From NCBI GenBank assembly GCA_016200665.1, contig JACQEG010000111.1, forward strand, positions 1 to 45,800: 45,800 bases of DNA. The letters are read 5' to 3'. Source of the stretch: Chloroflexota bacterium. GTDB taxonomy: Bacteria > Chloroflexota > Limnocylindria > Limnocylindrales > CSP1-4. Both the position numbers and the translations under genes were made by a program. Of this stretch, positions 36,967 to 45,800 are shown one piece after another. Position 1 is the stretch's first letter; each line of letters begins with the position of its first letter. The notes under the pieces were generated by a model that did not search any database, was not told where the DNA came from, and worked only from the letters and a program-made list of their open reading frames with translations.

Positions 36967-39671
36967 GGTGAACCGGCGGGCGCCGCGGGACGCGCGGAGG
37001 CCGCAACCGGGGTCGGGCCGGGCATCGCCAGGACGGTTGCCACGAGATCCTCGACGGCGGTGTCGGCGCCGATCGACATGAGCTCGGCCGCCCGCTCCGT
37101 GCCGAGCTTCTCGGCCGCCGTCGCCACCGGATCGGGCAGGTGGAGCACCTTGACCGGGGCGAGCATCACGGTCTTCTCGCGGACGAGCCTGTCGGTCGCT
37201 CCGGCGAACCGCGCCCCGAGCTCCGGATCGCCGTACTCGAGCTCGATGATCGCGGCCATGCCGAGGGCGCGGGCGAGGCCCGACGCGTTGTCGTTCGCGG
37301 CGAAGAATCGCAGCCCTTCCTGCATGCGCTGCCACGCGCGCTCGGGCTCACCGACCCGGTAGCCGATCGCCGATTGGAGGGTCTGGCTGTCCGCGACCTG
37401 GTAGGCCGCGCCGGCCCGCGTGAAGGCCTCGAGGTTCTGTCCCTCGAGCTCCCTCGCCCTGGCGTAGTCGCCGCCGAGGAAGACGCCGAGGACGAGCGCC
37501 TGGCGGGCGCGGTTCATCCCCTCCTCGTGGCTCGCCTGCGTGTAGAGGTCGAGGGCGAGCTGCTCGTGCTCCCGGACGCCCGGCACGTTGCCGCTCACGA
37601 CCGACATGAACCCCAGGTCGTAGTGGGCGTCGGCGACGAGAACCGGGTCGGCGATGCGCTCGGCGAGGGCAAGTCGCTCCTCGTAGGCGGCCGTCGCCGG
37701 CTCGAAGTCGTTCATCCAGTAGGCCAGCCCGCCCTCGGCGACGAGCCCGGCGATGCGCACTCGCGGATCGCCGGGCGAGGGCAGCGCCAGCAGCGGGGCC
37801 AGGAGCGCGCGGCCCTCCCGCAGCCGGCCACGCTGCTGGAACCAGCGCCACGTGGCGCCCATGACGCGGAGCCCGGTCGCCGGATCGGCCGCGGCAGTCG
37901 AGCGGGCGAGGACCGCGCGGAGGTTGTGGTCCTCGCGGTCGAAGCGCCGGATGGCAGCCTGCCCGCCGGCGACGAGGAGGACCTTGCCGAGCGACTCCGC
38001 GAGCTCGACGAAGACCGCCGAGTGGCGCGCCTCGGCGGCGGCCTGTTCGCCCGCGGCATCGAGGCGCTCCAGGGCGTACTCGCGCAGCAGCGGGTGCATC
38101 CCGAATCGCATCTCGACCGCATCGCCGTGATCCTCGGCCGGGGGCGCCTCCAGCCGGATCAGGCTCTTGTCCGCGAGGGATCCGAGGCCGTCCAGCAGGT
38201 CCATCCCGAGGTCGGCATCTGCGTCGGCCACGGCCTCCGCGGCCTCGACCGTCCAGCCGCCGGCGAACACCGCGAGTCGTCGAAAGAGCCGCCGCTCCGG
38301 CTCGCTGAGCAGGTCGTGGCTCCAGTCGATCGCCCCGCGGAGCGTCCGCTGGCGCTCCGGGACGTCACGGGCGCCGCCCGCGAGATCGAGGCTGCGGGCG
38401 AGGCGCTCGAGGATCTGCGACGGGCTGAGGAGTCGCACCCGTGCAGCCGCGAGCTCGATCGCCAGCGGCAGCCCGCCGAGGCGCTCGCAGATCTCGCGGA
38501 TCGCCCGATTCGCCTCGTCGTTGAGGGCCAGGTCCGGCCGGTGGGCGCGGGCCCGGTCCTCGAACAGGCGGACCCCGGCGCCCAGGTCCAGGGGCGGGAC
38601 GACGTAGCCCTGCTCGCCGGCGATCCGGAGGAGCTCGCGGCTCGTCACGACGATCCGGAGGTTCCGCGCGTCGCGAACCAGCCGCGCCACGCCATCCGCG
38701 GCGTCGGGCAGGAGCTGCTCGAGGTTGTCGACGACGAGCAGCGCGACCCGGTCGCGGAGGTGCGTCCGGAGCGCATCGGCGATCGGTCGCTCGGCCGATT
38801 CGCGGACGCCCAGGGCCGTCGCGATCGACGGCTCGAGCAGCGCGGCGTCGCGTACCGCCGCGAGATCGACGAACCAGACGCCGTGCGGGAAGCTCCGCCG
38901 CACCTCGTGGGCGAGCGCCAGCGCGAGGCGGGTCTTGCCGCTCCCGCCGGGCCCGGTCAGCGTCAGGATCCGGCTGCCGCCGAGGAGCCCGCGAAGGCGC
39001 TCCAGCTCCGATCCGCGGCCGACGAACGCCGTGACCTCGCCCGGCAGGTTCGACGGCACCTCGGTCGTGCGCAGCGCCCGGGCGTCATCGGCGGCGCCCG
39101 GCACGACCAGCCGGCACAGGCGCAGCGGCTCGTCGAAGTCCTTGACCGCCCGGAGGCCGTCGTCGACGAGCTCCGCGTCGCGGAGGTCCTCGGGCCGCTC
39201 GCCCGCCGGCGCGTCGAGCACCACCCCGACAACCTTCGCGAGCGTGTCCGAGACGACGACCTGGCGGCCATTGCCGGCGGCCGCGATCCGCGCCGCGTAG
39301 TTGACGTCGATCCCGACGTAGTCCTCCGGCGCCCCCTCGGCAAGCCCCTGGCGGAGGCGCCCCTCGCCGAGGTGGAGTCCCATCCGGACCTGGATCGGAG
39401 CGTCGGCCGGCCACGGCTCGGTGGCGAGCGCGCGCTGCGCCGCCGCTGCGGCCACGAGCGCATCGAGGGGTCGGCTGAAGGCCGCGAAGAACGCGTCGCC
39501 CTCGGTCTTGACGACGACCCCACCGTGGCCCTCGATCGCGGCTCGGAGGAGCTCGTCATGGCGAGCCACGATGCCCGCCCACGCGGCGGCGCCCACTGCC
39601 CGCTCGAGGCGCGTGGAGCCCTCGATGTCGGTGAACAGGAAGGTGACGGACGCACCGATCGGGAGACGCAT
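36963..39671 (-). CDS. Class III adenylate/guanylate cyclase domain + STAND (NB-ARC-like) ATPase + helical TPR-like region
   Basis: FLFTDIEGST, KTEGDAF, VRMGLH and VNYAARI (cyclase); GPGGSGKT, VDNLEQ and GLPLAIELAA (STAND). Confidence 0.9.
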   Translation of the reverse strand: MRLPIGASVTFLFTDIEGSTRLERAVGAAAWAGIVARHDELLRAAIEGHGGVVVKTEGDAFFAAFSRPLDALVAAAAAQRALATEPWPADAPIQVRMGLHLGEGRLRQGLAEGAPEDYVGIDVNYAARIAAAGNGRQVVVSDTLAKVVGVVLDAPAGERPEDLRDAELVDDGLRAVKDFDEPLRLCRLVVPGAADDARALRTTEVPSNLPGEVTAFVGRGSELERLRGLLGGSRILTLTGPGGSGKTRLALALAHEVRRSFPHGVWFVDLAAVRDAALLEPSIATALGVRESAERPIADALRTHLRDRVALLVVDNLEQLLPDAADGVARLVRDARNLRIVVTSRELLRIAGEQGYVVPPLDLGAGVRLFEDRARAHRPDLALNDEANRAIREICERLGGLPLAIELAAARVRLLSPSQILERLARSLDLAGGARDVPERQRTLRGAIDWSHDLLSEPERRLFRRLAVFAGGWTVEAAEAVADADADLGMDLLDGLGSLADKSLIRLEAPPAEDHGDAVEMRFGMHPLLREYALERLDAAGEQAAAEARHSAVFVELAESLGKVLLVAGGQAAIRRFDREDHNLRAVLARSTAAADPATGLRVMGATWRWFQQRGRLREGRALLAPLLALPSPGDPRVRIAGLVAEGGLAYWMNDFEPATAAYEERLALAERIADPVLVADAHYDLGFMSVVSGNVPGVREHEQLALDLYTQASHEEGMNRARQALVLGVFLGGDYARARELEGQNLEAFTRAGAAYQVADSQTLQSAIGYRVGEPERAWQRMQEGLRFFAANDNASGLARALGMAAIIELEYGDPELGARFAGATDRLVREKTVMLAPVKVLHLPDPVATAAEKLGTERAAELMSIGADTAVEDLVATVLAMPGPTPVAASARPAAPAGSP

Positions 39672-39749
39672 CGGACGGGCCGCATCTTGGCACTGCGGCG
39701 GCGACCGCGTCGATGGCGCTCGGCGCGCGGCGGGCCGGCGAGCGAGCGG

Positions 39750-41450
39750 TCAGGCCTTGGTCAGCTCCTGGACCAGGCGGGTCAGGCCGAGCGGCCCGAG
39801 GGCGAGCGATCGCGCGTGCCAGCCCTTGAGGTCGAAGTCGCGGCCGGCGGCACGGGCGGCGGCCTTCGCGCCGTCGCGACCGGCGAGCCAGGCCCGTTCG
39901 CCCAGCTTGTACGCCGTCGCCTGGCTGGGCCACGAGAGGTACCGCAGGACCTCGCTCTCGGACTTCTCGTGGTCCATGCCCCCGGCGCGGGTCATGAACT
40001 CGATGGCACCCTCGTAGCCCCAGCGCTGGCCGGGCTTGCCGGACCAGTCCGGGTAGAGCGTCTCCGCGACCGGCGGGATCGGGCGGCCGGTGTGGAGCCC
40101 GATGTCCGCCACGACGCGGGCCGCGCGGAAGGCGTGGGCGCAGAGGAAGCCGAGGCGCGTCTCCGGGGTCCGGAACCAGCCGAGCTCGTCCATGAGCCGC
40201 TCGGCGTAGAGCGCCCAGCCCTCGCCGTGGGCCGAGACGAAGCCGAGCTTGTGGGCCCGGGTCAGGTGGACGAGGCGGATCGTCGCGCCCTGGAGGTGGT
40301 GGCCCGGGACGGCCTCGTGGTACACGGTGCTGACGTCGTCCCAGGTCGGGAAGCGGGTCCGGCCGACGGTGGGGAACCACGTCTGGCCGGGCCGCGACAG
40401 GTCCTCCGACGGCGGTGTGTAGTAGGCCGCGGCGGCACTGCCCTCAGGTGGGATCCGAACGATGCAGCGGCGGATCGACGGGTCGATGTCGAACTGCTGG
40501 CCGGACAGGCCCGCGATCGCCTCGTCGGTGAGGTATTGGAGCCAGGCTCGGTAGGCATCCACGCCTTCGATCATCCGGGCGGGATCCGTCGTCAGGAGCT
40601 CCTGGACCTCCAGGAACGAGGCGCCCGGCAGGATCCGCTCGCACTCCCTGGCCTTCTCGGCTTCGAGCCGGCCGAGCTCGTCCCAGCCCCAGGCGTAGGC
40701 CTCGTCGAGGTCGAGCTCGGTCCCGAGCAGGAACCGCGCCCAGGCCTGGTAGCGCTCCTCGCCGGAGCCGTCGACGTCGGTGGCCTTCGCGGCGTAATCC
40801 CGGCGCAGCCACTCGGCAAGACGGCCGTAGGCGTTGCCGGCGACCGTGGCCGCGTCCCTGAGCTCGCGGCCGAGCGCGCCGTCCGTCGCGCCAAACCTGT
40901 GGTCGTACTCGGCCACATAGCCCGCGAACCAGCCGCCCTCCCCATTGCCGGCCCAGGTCGCGCACTGGTCGGCGACGGCGAGAGCCTGGCGCCGCGCGGC
41001 CGGCCGGCCGTCCACGAGGCCCCGCTCGAGGCTCGCCCGGTACCCGGCCAGCGCGCCATCGACGGCGCGGAGGCGCTTCGCGATCGGCTGCCAGGCCTCG
41101 GCGGTGGAGCGGTCCATGAGGTCGAACACCGAGCGGGTGCTCGATGGCGGCCCGGTGATGATGCTCAGCCAGCGGTCGCGCTCGCCGGTATCGATCAACC
41201 CGACTTCGCCACCGAGGAAGTCCTGCATCCAGCCCCCGCCGAGGCGCTCCGCGTCGTCCTGCGCCGGATCGGCCTCCTGGAGCTCGTTGAGGGTCCGCTG
41301 GAGCAGGGCACGAATCGCCGCGAGGCCCTCGGGCGAGTAGTCCGTCAGGCGCGTGGGGTCGGCTTTGACGCCCCAGCGCTCGCCTCGGACCGGATCCAGG
41401 GCCGAGACATTGTCGACGTAGCGGCTGGAGATGTCCGTGATCGTGGCCAT
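39750..41450 (-). CDS. DUF885 family protein (putative metallopeptidase)
   Basis: AYYTPP, HEAVPGHHLQ, EGWALYAE, EVLRY and QATAYKLG motifs. Confidence 0.9.
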   Translation of the reverse strand: MATITDISSRYVDNVSALDPVRGERWGVKADPTRLTDYSPEGLAAIRALLQRTLNELQEADPAQDDAERLGGGWMQDFLGGEVGLIDTGERDRWLSIITGPPSSTRSVFDLMDRSTAEAWQPIAKRLRAVDGALAGYRASLERGLVDGRPAARRQALAVADQCATWAGNGEGGWFAGYVAEYDHRFGATDGALGRELRDAATVAGNAYGRLAEWLRRDYAAKATDVDGSGEERYQAWARFLLGTELDLDEAYAWGWDELGRLEAEKARECERILPGASFLEVQELLTTDPARMIEGVDAYRAWLQYLTDEAIAGLSGQQFDIDPSIRRCIVRIPPEGSAAAAYYTPPSEDLSRPGQTWFPTVGRTRFPTWDDVSTVYHEAVPGHHLQGATIRLVHLTRAHKLGFVSAHGEGWALYAERLMDELGWFRTPETRLGFLCAHAFRAARVVADIGLHTGRPIPPVAETLYPDWSGKPGQRWGYEGAIEFMTRAGGMDHEKSESEVLRYLSWPSQATAYKLGERAWLAGRDGAKAAARAAGRDFDLKGWHARSLALGPLGLTRLVQELTKA

Positions 41451-41553
41451 GGGTTCGCGTACGCCCTTCGACCTCAGTCCCGGGAGCCTACCGCGTTCGG
41501 GTCGATGGGCCCTGCCGCGGTGTCGCCGCCGGAGGCAGGATCAGGTCGTGACG

Positions 41554-42222
41554 ATGGCGCCGGCACTCCCCTACGGTCCGGTCGTGACCCGGTTCCTGCG
41601 GCCGCTCCAGCGAGCGCTGAACGTGGCGAATCGCGCCTCCGTGGCGCCGCTGCTGCGAGCGCGCCTCGGCTGGCTCCTCGGCACGCCGCTGACCGGTCAC
41701 CTGATGCTGCTGCGGACGCGTGGGCGCCGGACCGGCCTGCTCCGCGAAGCGCCGCTGGGCTACGTGATCCGGGACGGGGCCGTGTGGTGCGTGGCGGGCT
41801 ATGGGGTGACGACGCCGTGGTATCGCAACCTCGTCGATGACCACTCGGTGGAGGTGATCCTCCCGACTCGCCGATTCTCTGCGCTCGCCAGGCCGGTCGA
41901 CGACGAGGCGGAATGGTGCCTCGCCTTCCGGGCGCTGATCCGGAGCTTCGCGGTCGTCGGGCTGGCCGTCGTCGGCGACGTCTCCGGCCTGGACGATGCC
42001 GAGCTCTTCGAACGCTTCCATGCCCTGCCCGTGGTCCAGATCACGCCGGCTGACGGCCGCCGGCTGAGGCCGGGCGCCTTCGATCCCGGCGGGCGAGGCT
42101 GGCTCCTCGTCTACGGCGTCCCGGCCGCCGGGCTCGCGGTCGCACTCGCGCTCGGCGCGGCTGGCTGGAGGCCCGGGCAGGGCGGAGCCATGAGCGACTC
42201 GAGCATCGGGCCCGCCAGCTGA
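41554..42222 (+). CDS. Deazaflavin (F420)-dependent nitroreductase family protein
   Basis: LLRTRGRRTG..R..PL and PWYRNL motifs, plus a C-terminal hydrophobic extension. Confidence 0.8.
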   Translation: MAPALPYGPVVTRFLRPLQRALNVANRASVAPLLRARLGWLLGTPLTGHLMLLRTRGRRTGLLREAPLGYVIRDGAVWCVAGYGVTTPWYRNLVDDHSVEVILPTRRFSALARPVDDEAEWCLAFRALIRSFAVVGLAVVGDVSGLDDAELFERFHALPVVQITPADGRRLRPGAFDPGGRGWLLVYGVPAAGLAVALALGAAGWRPGQGGAMSDSSIGPAS

Positions 42223-43040
42223 CGCCACGTCCCGCCGTCGTGTCCGCCCGGGACGACCCGGACCGGGACATCCACGCCCCGCGCCGCGAGGCGGTGGGAC
42301 AGCTCGGCAGCCCCCGCTCGGACCCAGCCGTAGTCGCTGTCGCCGTCACCCAGGAAGAGCCGCAGCCCCGTCAGGCTCGCGGTCCGGACGAGCTGCATCG
42401 GGTCGTTCGCCGCCGGGTCGCCGTCGAACAGCCACTGGCGATCCTTCGGCGTTGTGACGAACGCTGCCGGACTGAGCGCCCCGACCCCGGCGAGCAGGGC
42501 GGGCCGGCTGAACGCCAGGTGGAGCGCGGCGAACCCGCCCATCGACAGCCCGCCGACGTAGCGGCTCGAGGCCCCGCCGCGATAGCCCAACGATGCCTCG
42601 ACCGCCGGCAGCAGCTCCTGCTCGAGGTAGCTCGCATACCGCCCGTGATCGAACTGGTCGGGGCCCGGCTGCGAGTCGACGCCATAGCTGTTGGCGATGA
42701 ACGCCGAGGCGATGACGACCGGGCAGATCCGACCTTCGTCGATCAGTGCCTGGGCGATCCCATCGACGTGGATCCCGTCACCGCCATGCCCGTCGAACCA
42801 CGACGCCTCGTCGGACCCGAAGCCGTGGAACAGGTACAGGAGCGCGAACGGCCGGGTCGGATCGAATCCGCGCGGCCGAAACACCAGGACCGGCATTGAC
42901 CGGCCGAGCGCCGCGCTCTCGACGGTGAGCCGGGCGACGCTCGTCGCCGGGTAGCTCGGAGCCGCGGCGGGCGGCGAGCACGCGACGACGCCAGAGACGA
43001 GGTACGCGAGGACGACGCCCAGCCCGAGCAGCCTTCGCAC
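42111..43040 (-). CDS. Putative esterase (alpha/beta hydrolase), probable lipoprotein
   Basis: LYLFHG, GLSMGG nucleophile elbow and GGHD; N-terminal VVAC lipobox-like signal. Confidence 0.85.
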   Translation of the reverse strand: MRRLLGLGVVLAYLVSGVVACSPPAAAPSYPATSVARLTVESAALGRSMPVLVFRPRGFDPTRPFALLYLFHGFGSDEASWFDGHGGDGIHVDGIAQALIDEGRICPVVIASAFIANSYGVDSQPGPDQFDHGRYASYLEQELLPAVEASLGYRGGASSRYVGGLSMGGFAALHLAFSRPALLAGVGALSPAAFVTTPKDRQWLFDGDPAANDPMQLVRTASLTGLRLFLGDGDSDYGWVRAGAAELSHRLAARGVDVPVRVVPGGHDGGTWRQLAGPMLESLMAPPCPGLQPAAPSASATASPAAGTP

Positions 43041-43073
43041 GCTGCCGGAGACGCCCCGTGCGGGGACCTTGTG

Positions 43074-43946
43074 TCAGCCCGGCAGCGACCCAAGCTCCTC
43101 GTCGCGCCAGGCCACGGTGGCGGGCACGTTGTTGAACGTGTAGACGTGGAGCCCCGTCACCTTCGCGTCCGGGTTGGCGATGAGCGATGACAGGTCTTCG
43201 AGGAGGCCCGTCGGGCGGTAGGTGCCGCCGGATCGCAGGAGCTGGGCGACGAACCGCCGGTTCTTCAGCACGAACCGGCTGGCGTCCCGGACGCCGATCC
43301 GGGCGCTGATCGAGATGAGCTTCGGGATCTCGGCGACGCCCGGGATCCCGATCCGAACGGGGAGCGAGATCCCCTGGGCGCGGCGGCCCGCGAGCCATGT
43401 CTCGATCGCCTTTGGATCGAAGCACAGCTGGGTCGTCATGGACGTCGCGTAACGGGCCTTGGCCTCGAGCGCCGCGAGGAGCGCCCCATCGGGGATCGTC
43501 GGGTGGCCCTGCGGATAGCACGGGATGCCGACCTCGCGCGGCAGGACGCCGAGGTCGTCCATCGCCTCGAGCAGCGACAGGCCGTCGGCGAACTCGCCGG
43601 GCGTCTCCTCGTCGCCACCGACGACGAATGCTCGATCGATGTTCGCGTCCGTGAGCCTAGCCATGAGCTCGGTGAGGTGGTGGTCGTCACGGATCATCCG
43701 CGCGGACAGGTGGGGGACGACGTGGTGGCCGGCCCGCTCCAGCTCGATCGCGAGGTCGATCGTCGCCTCGATGCCTTTCGCCGGCGAGGCGGTCACGGAG
43801 ATCGTCGATCCGGGTGGCAGCGCGGCCGCCTGGTCACGGGCGTTCCTGAGCGGGATCAGCTCCCAGGTGGGATCCGCGAGGACGCGGGCGAGGGCGGCGC
43901 GGCCCCGGTCGTCGAGGGCGTTACCTCTGCGGAACAGGCCCCTCAC
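43074..43946 (-). CDS. metF: Methylenetetrahydrofolate reductase family protein
   Basis: PHLSAR, FVVGGD, CYPQGHP, TQLCFD and HVYTFN motifs. Confidence 0.85.
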   Translation of the reverse strand: MRGLFRRGNALDDRGRAALARVLADPTWELIPLRNARDQAAALPPGSTISVTASPAKGIEATIDLAIELERAGHHVVPHLSARMIRDDHHLTELMARLTDANIDRAFVVGGDEETPGEFADGLSLLEAMDDLGVLPREVGIPCYPQGHPTIPDGALLAALEAKARYATSMTTQLCFDPKAIETWLAGRRAQGISLPVRIGIPGVAEIPKLISISARIGVRDASRFVLKNRRFVAQLLRSGGTYRPTGLLEDLSSLIANPDAKVTGLHVYTFNNVPATVAWRDEELGSLPG

Positions 43947-43984
43947 CGGCGTGCGCGCACTCGGCCGGGCGAGCCCCGGCGCGC

Positions 43985-44158
43985 GACTGGACTGTCAGAC
44001 CAGTCTGGAGCGCACGTTGCAGCGAAACTCGACCCCGGGTCGAGTTTCCGACCGAATCCGCCGGCGCCGGCCTGGATTTGGGCCCGAGATCGTCCGGAAC
44101 TCGACTGCCAGTCCGAAATCGTCGCAGGTTGTCCCCACAGCTGGACTAGCAGTCGAGT
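43985..44158. repeat. Cluster of palindromes / REP-like composite element
   Basis: Perfect 12-bp-arm palindrome at 44024-44048; inverted repeat 44099-44114/44143-44158 matching 15 of 16; four alternating ACTCGAC/GTCGAGT copies. Confidence 0.7.
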
Positions 44159-44240
44159 CGGCGCCGTCCGCGGACCGCCGGGCGCCCGCGGAGCGCGAGG
44201 CCGCCGCTTCGGCCGGGGATCGCCCGCGCGACCCCGGAGC

Positions 44241-45785
44241 CTAGACATCGGAATCGGGGGAGGACGCCTTGCGCCTGGCGATGTAGTCGAGCAGGGCCTC
44301 GTCGACGGCGGCGTCGATCGGGGGCGCCTCGTACTCGCGGAGCATCCGCTTCCAGATCGCGTTCGCGCGCTGCGCGGCATCGAGCGAGCCCGCCTCCTGC
44401 CACTGCTCGAACGAGTTGTTGTCCGCGGTCTCGGCCCGGTAGAAGGCGGTCTCGAAGTTCGCCAGCGTGTGGCTGTTGGCGAGGAAATGGACGCCCGGGC
44501 CGTTCTCGATGATCGCCTCGACAGCCTGCCCGTTGTGGCTCATGTCGACGCCCTTCGCGAACACCGCGGCCATCCCGCACTGGTCGGCGTCGAGGATGAA
44601 CTTCTCGTAGCCGATGGAGAGGCCGCCCTCGAGCCAGCCCGCGGCGTGGAGCACGAAGTTCACGCCGGCGAGGACGGTCGGCTGGAAGGTGTTCGCCGAT
44701 TCGTAGGCGGCCTGGGCGTCGGCGACCTTGGAGGCGCAGAGGTTGCCGCCGGAGCGGAACGGCACGCCGAGCCGCCGCGCGAGCGCGGCCATGACATAGA
44801 GGACCAGTGCCGGCTCGGGGGTGCCGAAGGTGGGCGCTCCCGACTGCATCGAGATCGATGACGCGAACGACCCGAGGACGACCGGTGCGCCCGGGCGCAC
44901 GAGCTGGACGAACGCCATCCCGGCGAGCGCCTCGGCGAGGGTCTGGGCGCAGACACCGGCGGCGGTCACCGGGGCCATCGCGCCGGCGAGGATGAACGGC
45001 GTGATGAGCGTCGCCTGGTTGGCCTGGGCATAGACCCGTGCCGCGCCGAGCATCGTCGAGTCCCACACGAGCGGCGAGTTGGCGTTGATCAGGCTCAGGA
45101 CCACCGCGTGGTCCTCGAGGTAGCCCTCGCCGAACGCCAGTTTCGCCAGCTCGACGGTGTCGCGCGCCCGGTCGGGGTGCGTGACCGAGCCCATGAACGG
45201 CTTGTCGCTGTAGCGAATGTGGGAATAGACCATGTCGAGGTGCCGCTTGTTGACCGGCACGTCGACCGGCTCGCAGATCGTCCCGCCCGAGTGGTGGAGG
45301 TGCGGGCTGAGGTATGTCAGCTTCACGAAGTTCCGGAAGTCCTCGATCGTGCCGTAGCGCCGGCCGTTGTCGAGGTCGCGCACGAATGGCGAGCCGTAGT
45401 TCGGGGCGAAGACCGTGTACGGGTCGCCGACGATCACGCTCCGCTCGGGGTTGCGGGCGTACTGGATGAAGCTCCGCGGCGCCGAGCGCTGGACGACGGC
45501 GCGACACATCCCACGCGGGAACCGGACGCGCTCGCCAACGACGTCCGCACCGGCCTCGCGCATGAGCCGCAGGGCGTCCGGATCGCCGCGGAAGTCAATC
45601 CCGACCTCCTGGAGGATCGTGTCGGCGTTGGCCTCGATCGTCGCGAGCCCCTCGTCGTCGAGGATCTCGACCGGCTTCAGGGCGCGGGTGATGTAGGCCT
45701 GCCGCTCCGCGCGAGAGGCCGTGCGGGCCGCGATCCGGGCGGCCCGGCCGCCGCCAGCGCGATGCCGCGGACTGTCGTCAGTCAT
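44241..45785 (-). CDS. Trimethylamine methyltransferase (MttB) superfamily protein, non-pyrrolysine
   Basis: EPVDVP, INANSPL, TPFILAGAMAPVT, GAPTFGTPE, DAQAAYES and HAAGWLEGG motifs; no in-frame TAG. Confidence 0.92.
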   Translation of the reverse strand: MTDDSPRHRAGGGRAARIAARTASRAERQAYITRALKPVEILDDEGLATIEANADTILQEVGIDFRGDPDALRLMREAGADVVGERVRFPRGMCRAVVQRSAPRSFIQYARNPERSVIVGDPYTVFAPNYGSPFVRDLDNGRRYGTIEDFRNFVKLTYLSPHLHHSGGTICEPVDVPVNKRHLDMVYSHIRYSDKPFMGSVTHPDRARDTVELAKLAFGEGYLEDHAVVLSLINANSPLVWDSTMLGAARVYAQANQATLITPFILAGAMAPVTAAGVCAQTLAEALAGMAFVQLVRPGAPVVLGSFASSISMQSGAPTFGTPEPALVLYVMAALARRLGVPFRSGGNLCASKVADAQAAYESANTFQPTVLAGVNFVLHAAGWLEGGLSIGYEKFILDADQCGMAAVFAKGVDMSHNGQAVEAIIENGPGVHFLANSHTLANFETAFYRAETADNNSFEQWQEAGSLDAAQRANAIWKRMLREYEAPPIDAAVDEALLDYIARRKASSPDSDV

Positions 45786-45800
45786 CCAATGCCTCACTCC

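Noticed and set aside
37140-41840. 1566-aa plus-strand ORF, and similar long ORFs such as 1360-3522, 4228-6438 and 23341-25776
   Set aside because: Antisense shadows of well-supported genes in high-GC DNA; Arg/Gly/Pro-rich with no recognisable motifs.
44241-45785. Pyrrolysine recoding in MttB
   Set aside because: The frame is open throughout with no internal TAG.
1-45800. CRISPR arrays, tRNA/rRNA genes, prophage or transposase genes
   Set aside because: No regularly spaced repeats, RNA-gene signatures or such protein motifs were seen by eye; a covariance-model scan was not run.

Overview
High-GC bacterial chromosomal window; gene style suggests a Chloroflexota/Actinomycetota-like organism, but this is not provable from the sequence alone. 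About 45 CDS, and no tRNA, rRNA or CRISPR array seen. Left to right: NUDIX, purE and a GrpB-PurK fusion; a Dpp/Opp-type ABC importer lacking ATPases, with a DUF1028 Ntn-hydrolase, an acyltransferase and an MMPL transporter; an ABC exporter divergent from a PDZ-like sensor kinase/LuxR pair; an ECF sigma factor with a putative anti-sigma; a nucleoside hydrolase with a complete ECF transporter; USP; and rrf2-sufC-sufS-sufU-moeZ-JAB (no sufB/sufD, no ubiquitin-like carrier) with a sigma70 promoter and Rrf2-type operator. Next is the most notable feature: a 3.94-kb lower-GC cassette (30553-34492) bounded by 32-bp imperfect inverted repeats, with no transposase or recombinase. It carries a Cys-rich secreted protein with an ABC transporter, a Clp-N-like protein, a truncated serine protease and a membrane protein. 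After it come EamA, vapBC, a cyclase-STAND ATPase, DUF885, an F420-type nitroreductase, an esterase, metF, a palindrome-rich intergenic element and a non-pyrrolysine MttB methyltransferase. Several genes appear leaderless. All product calls come from motif recognition by eye; no searches were run.
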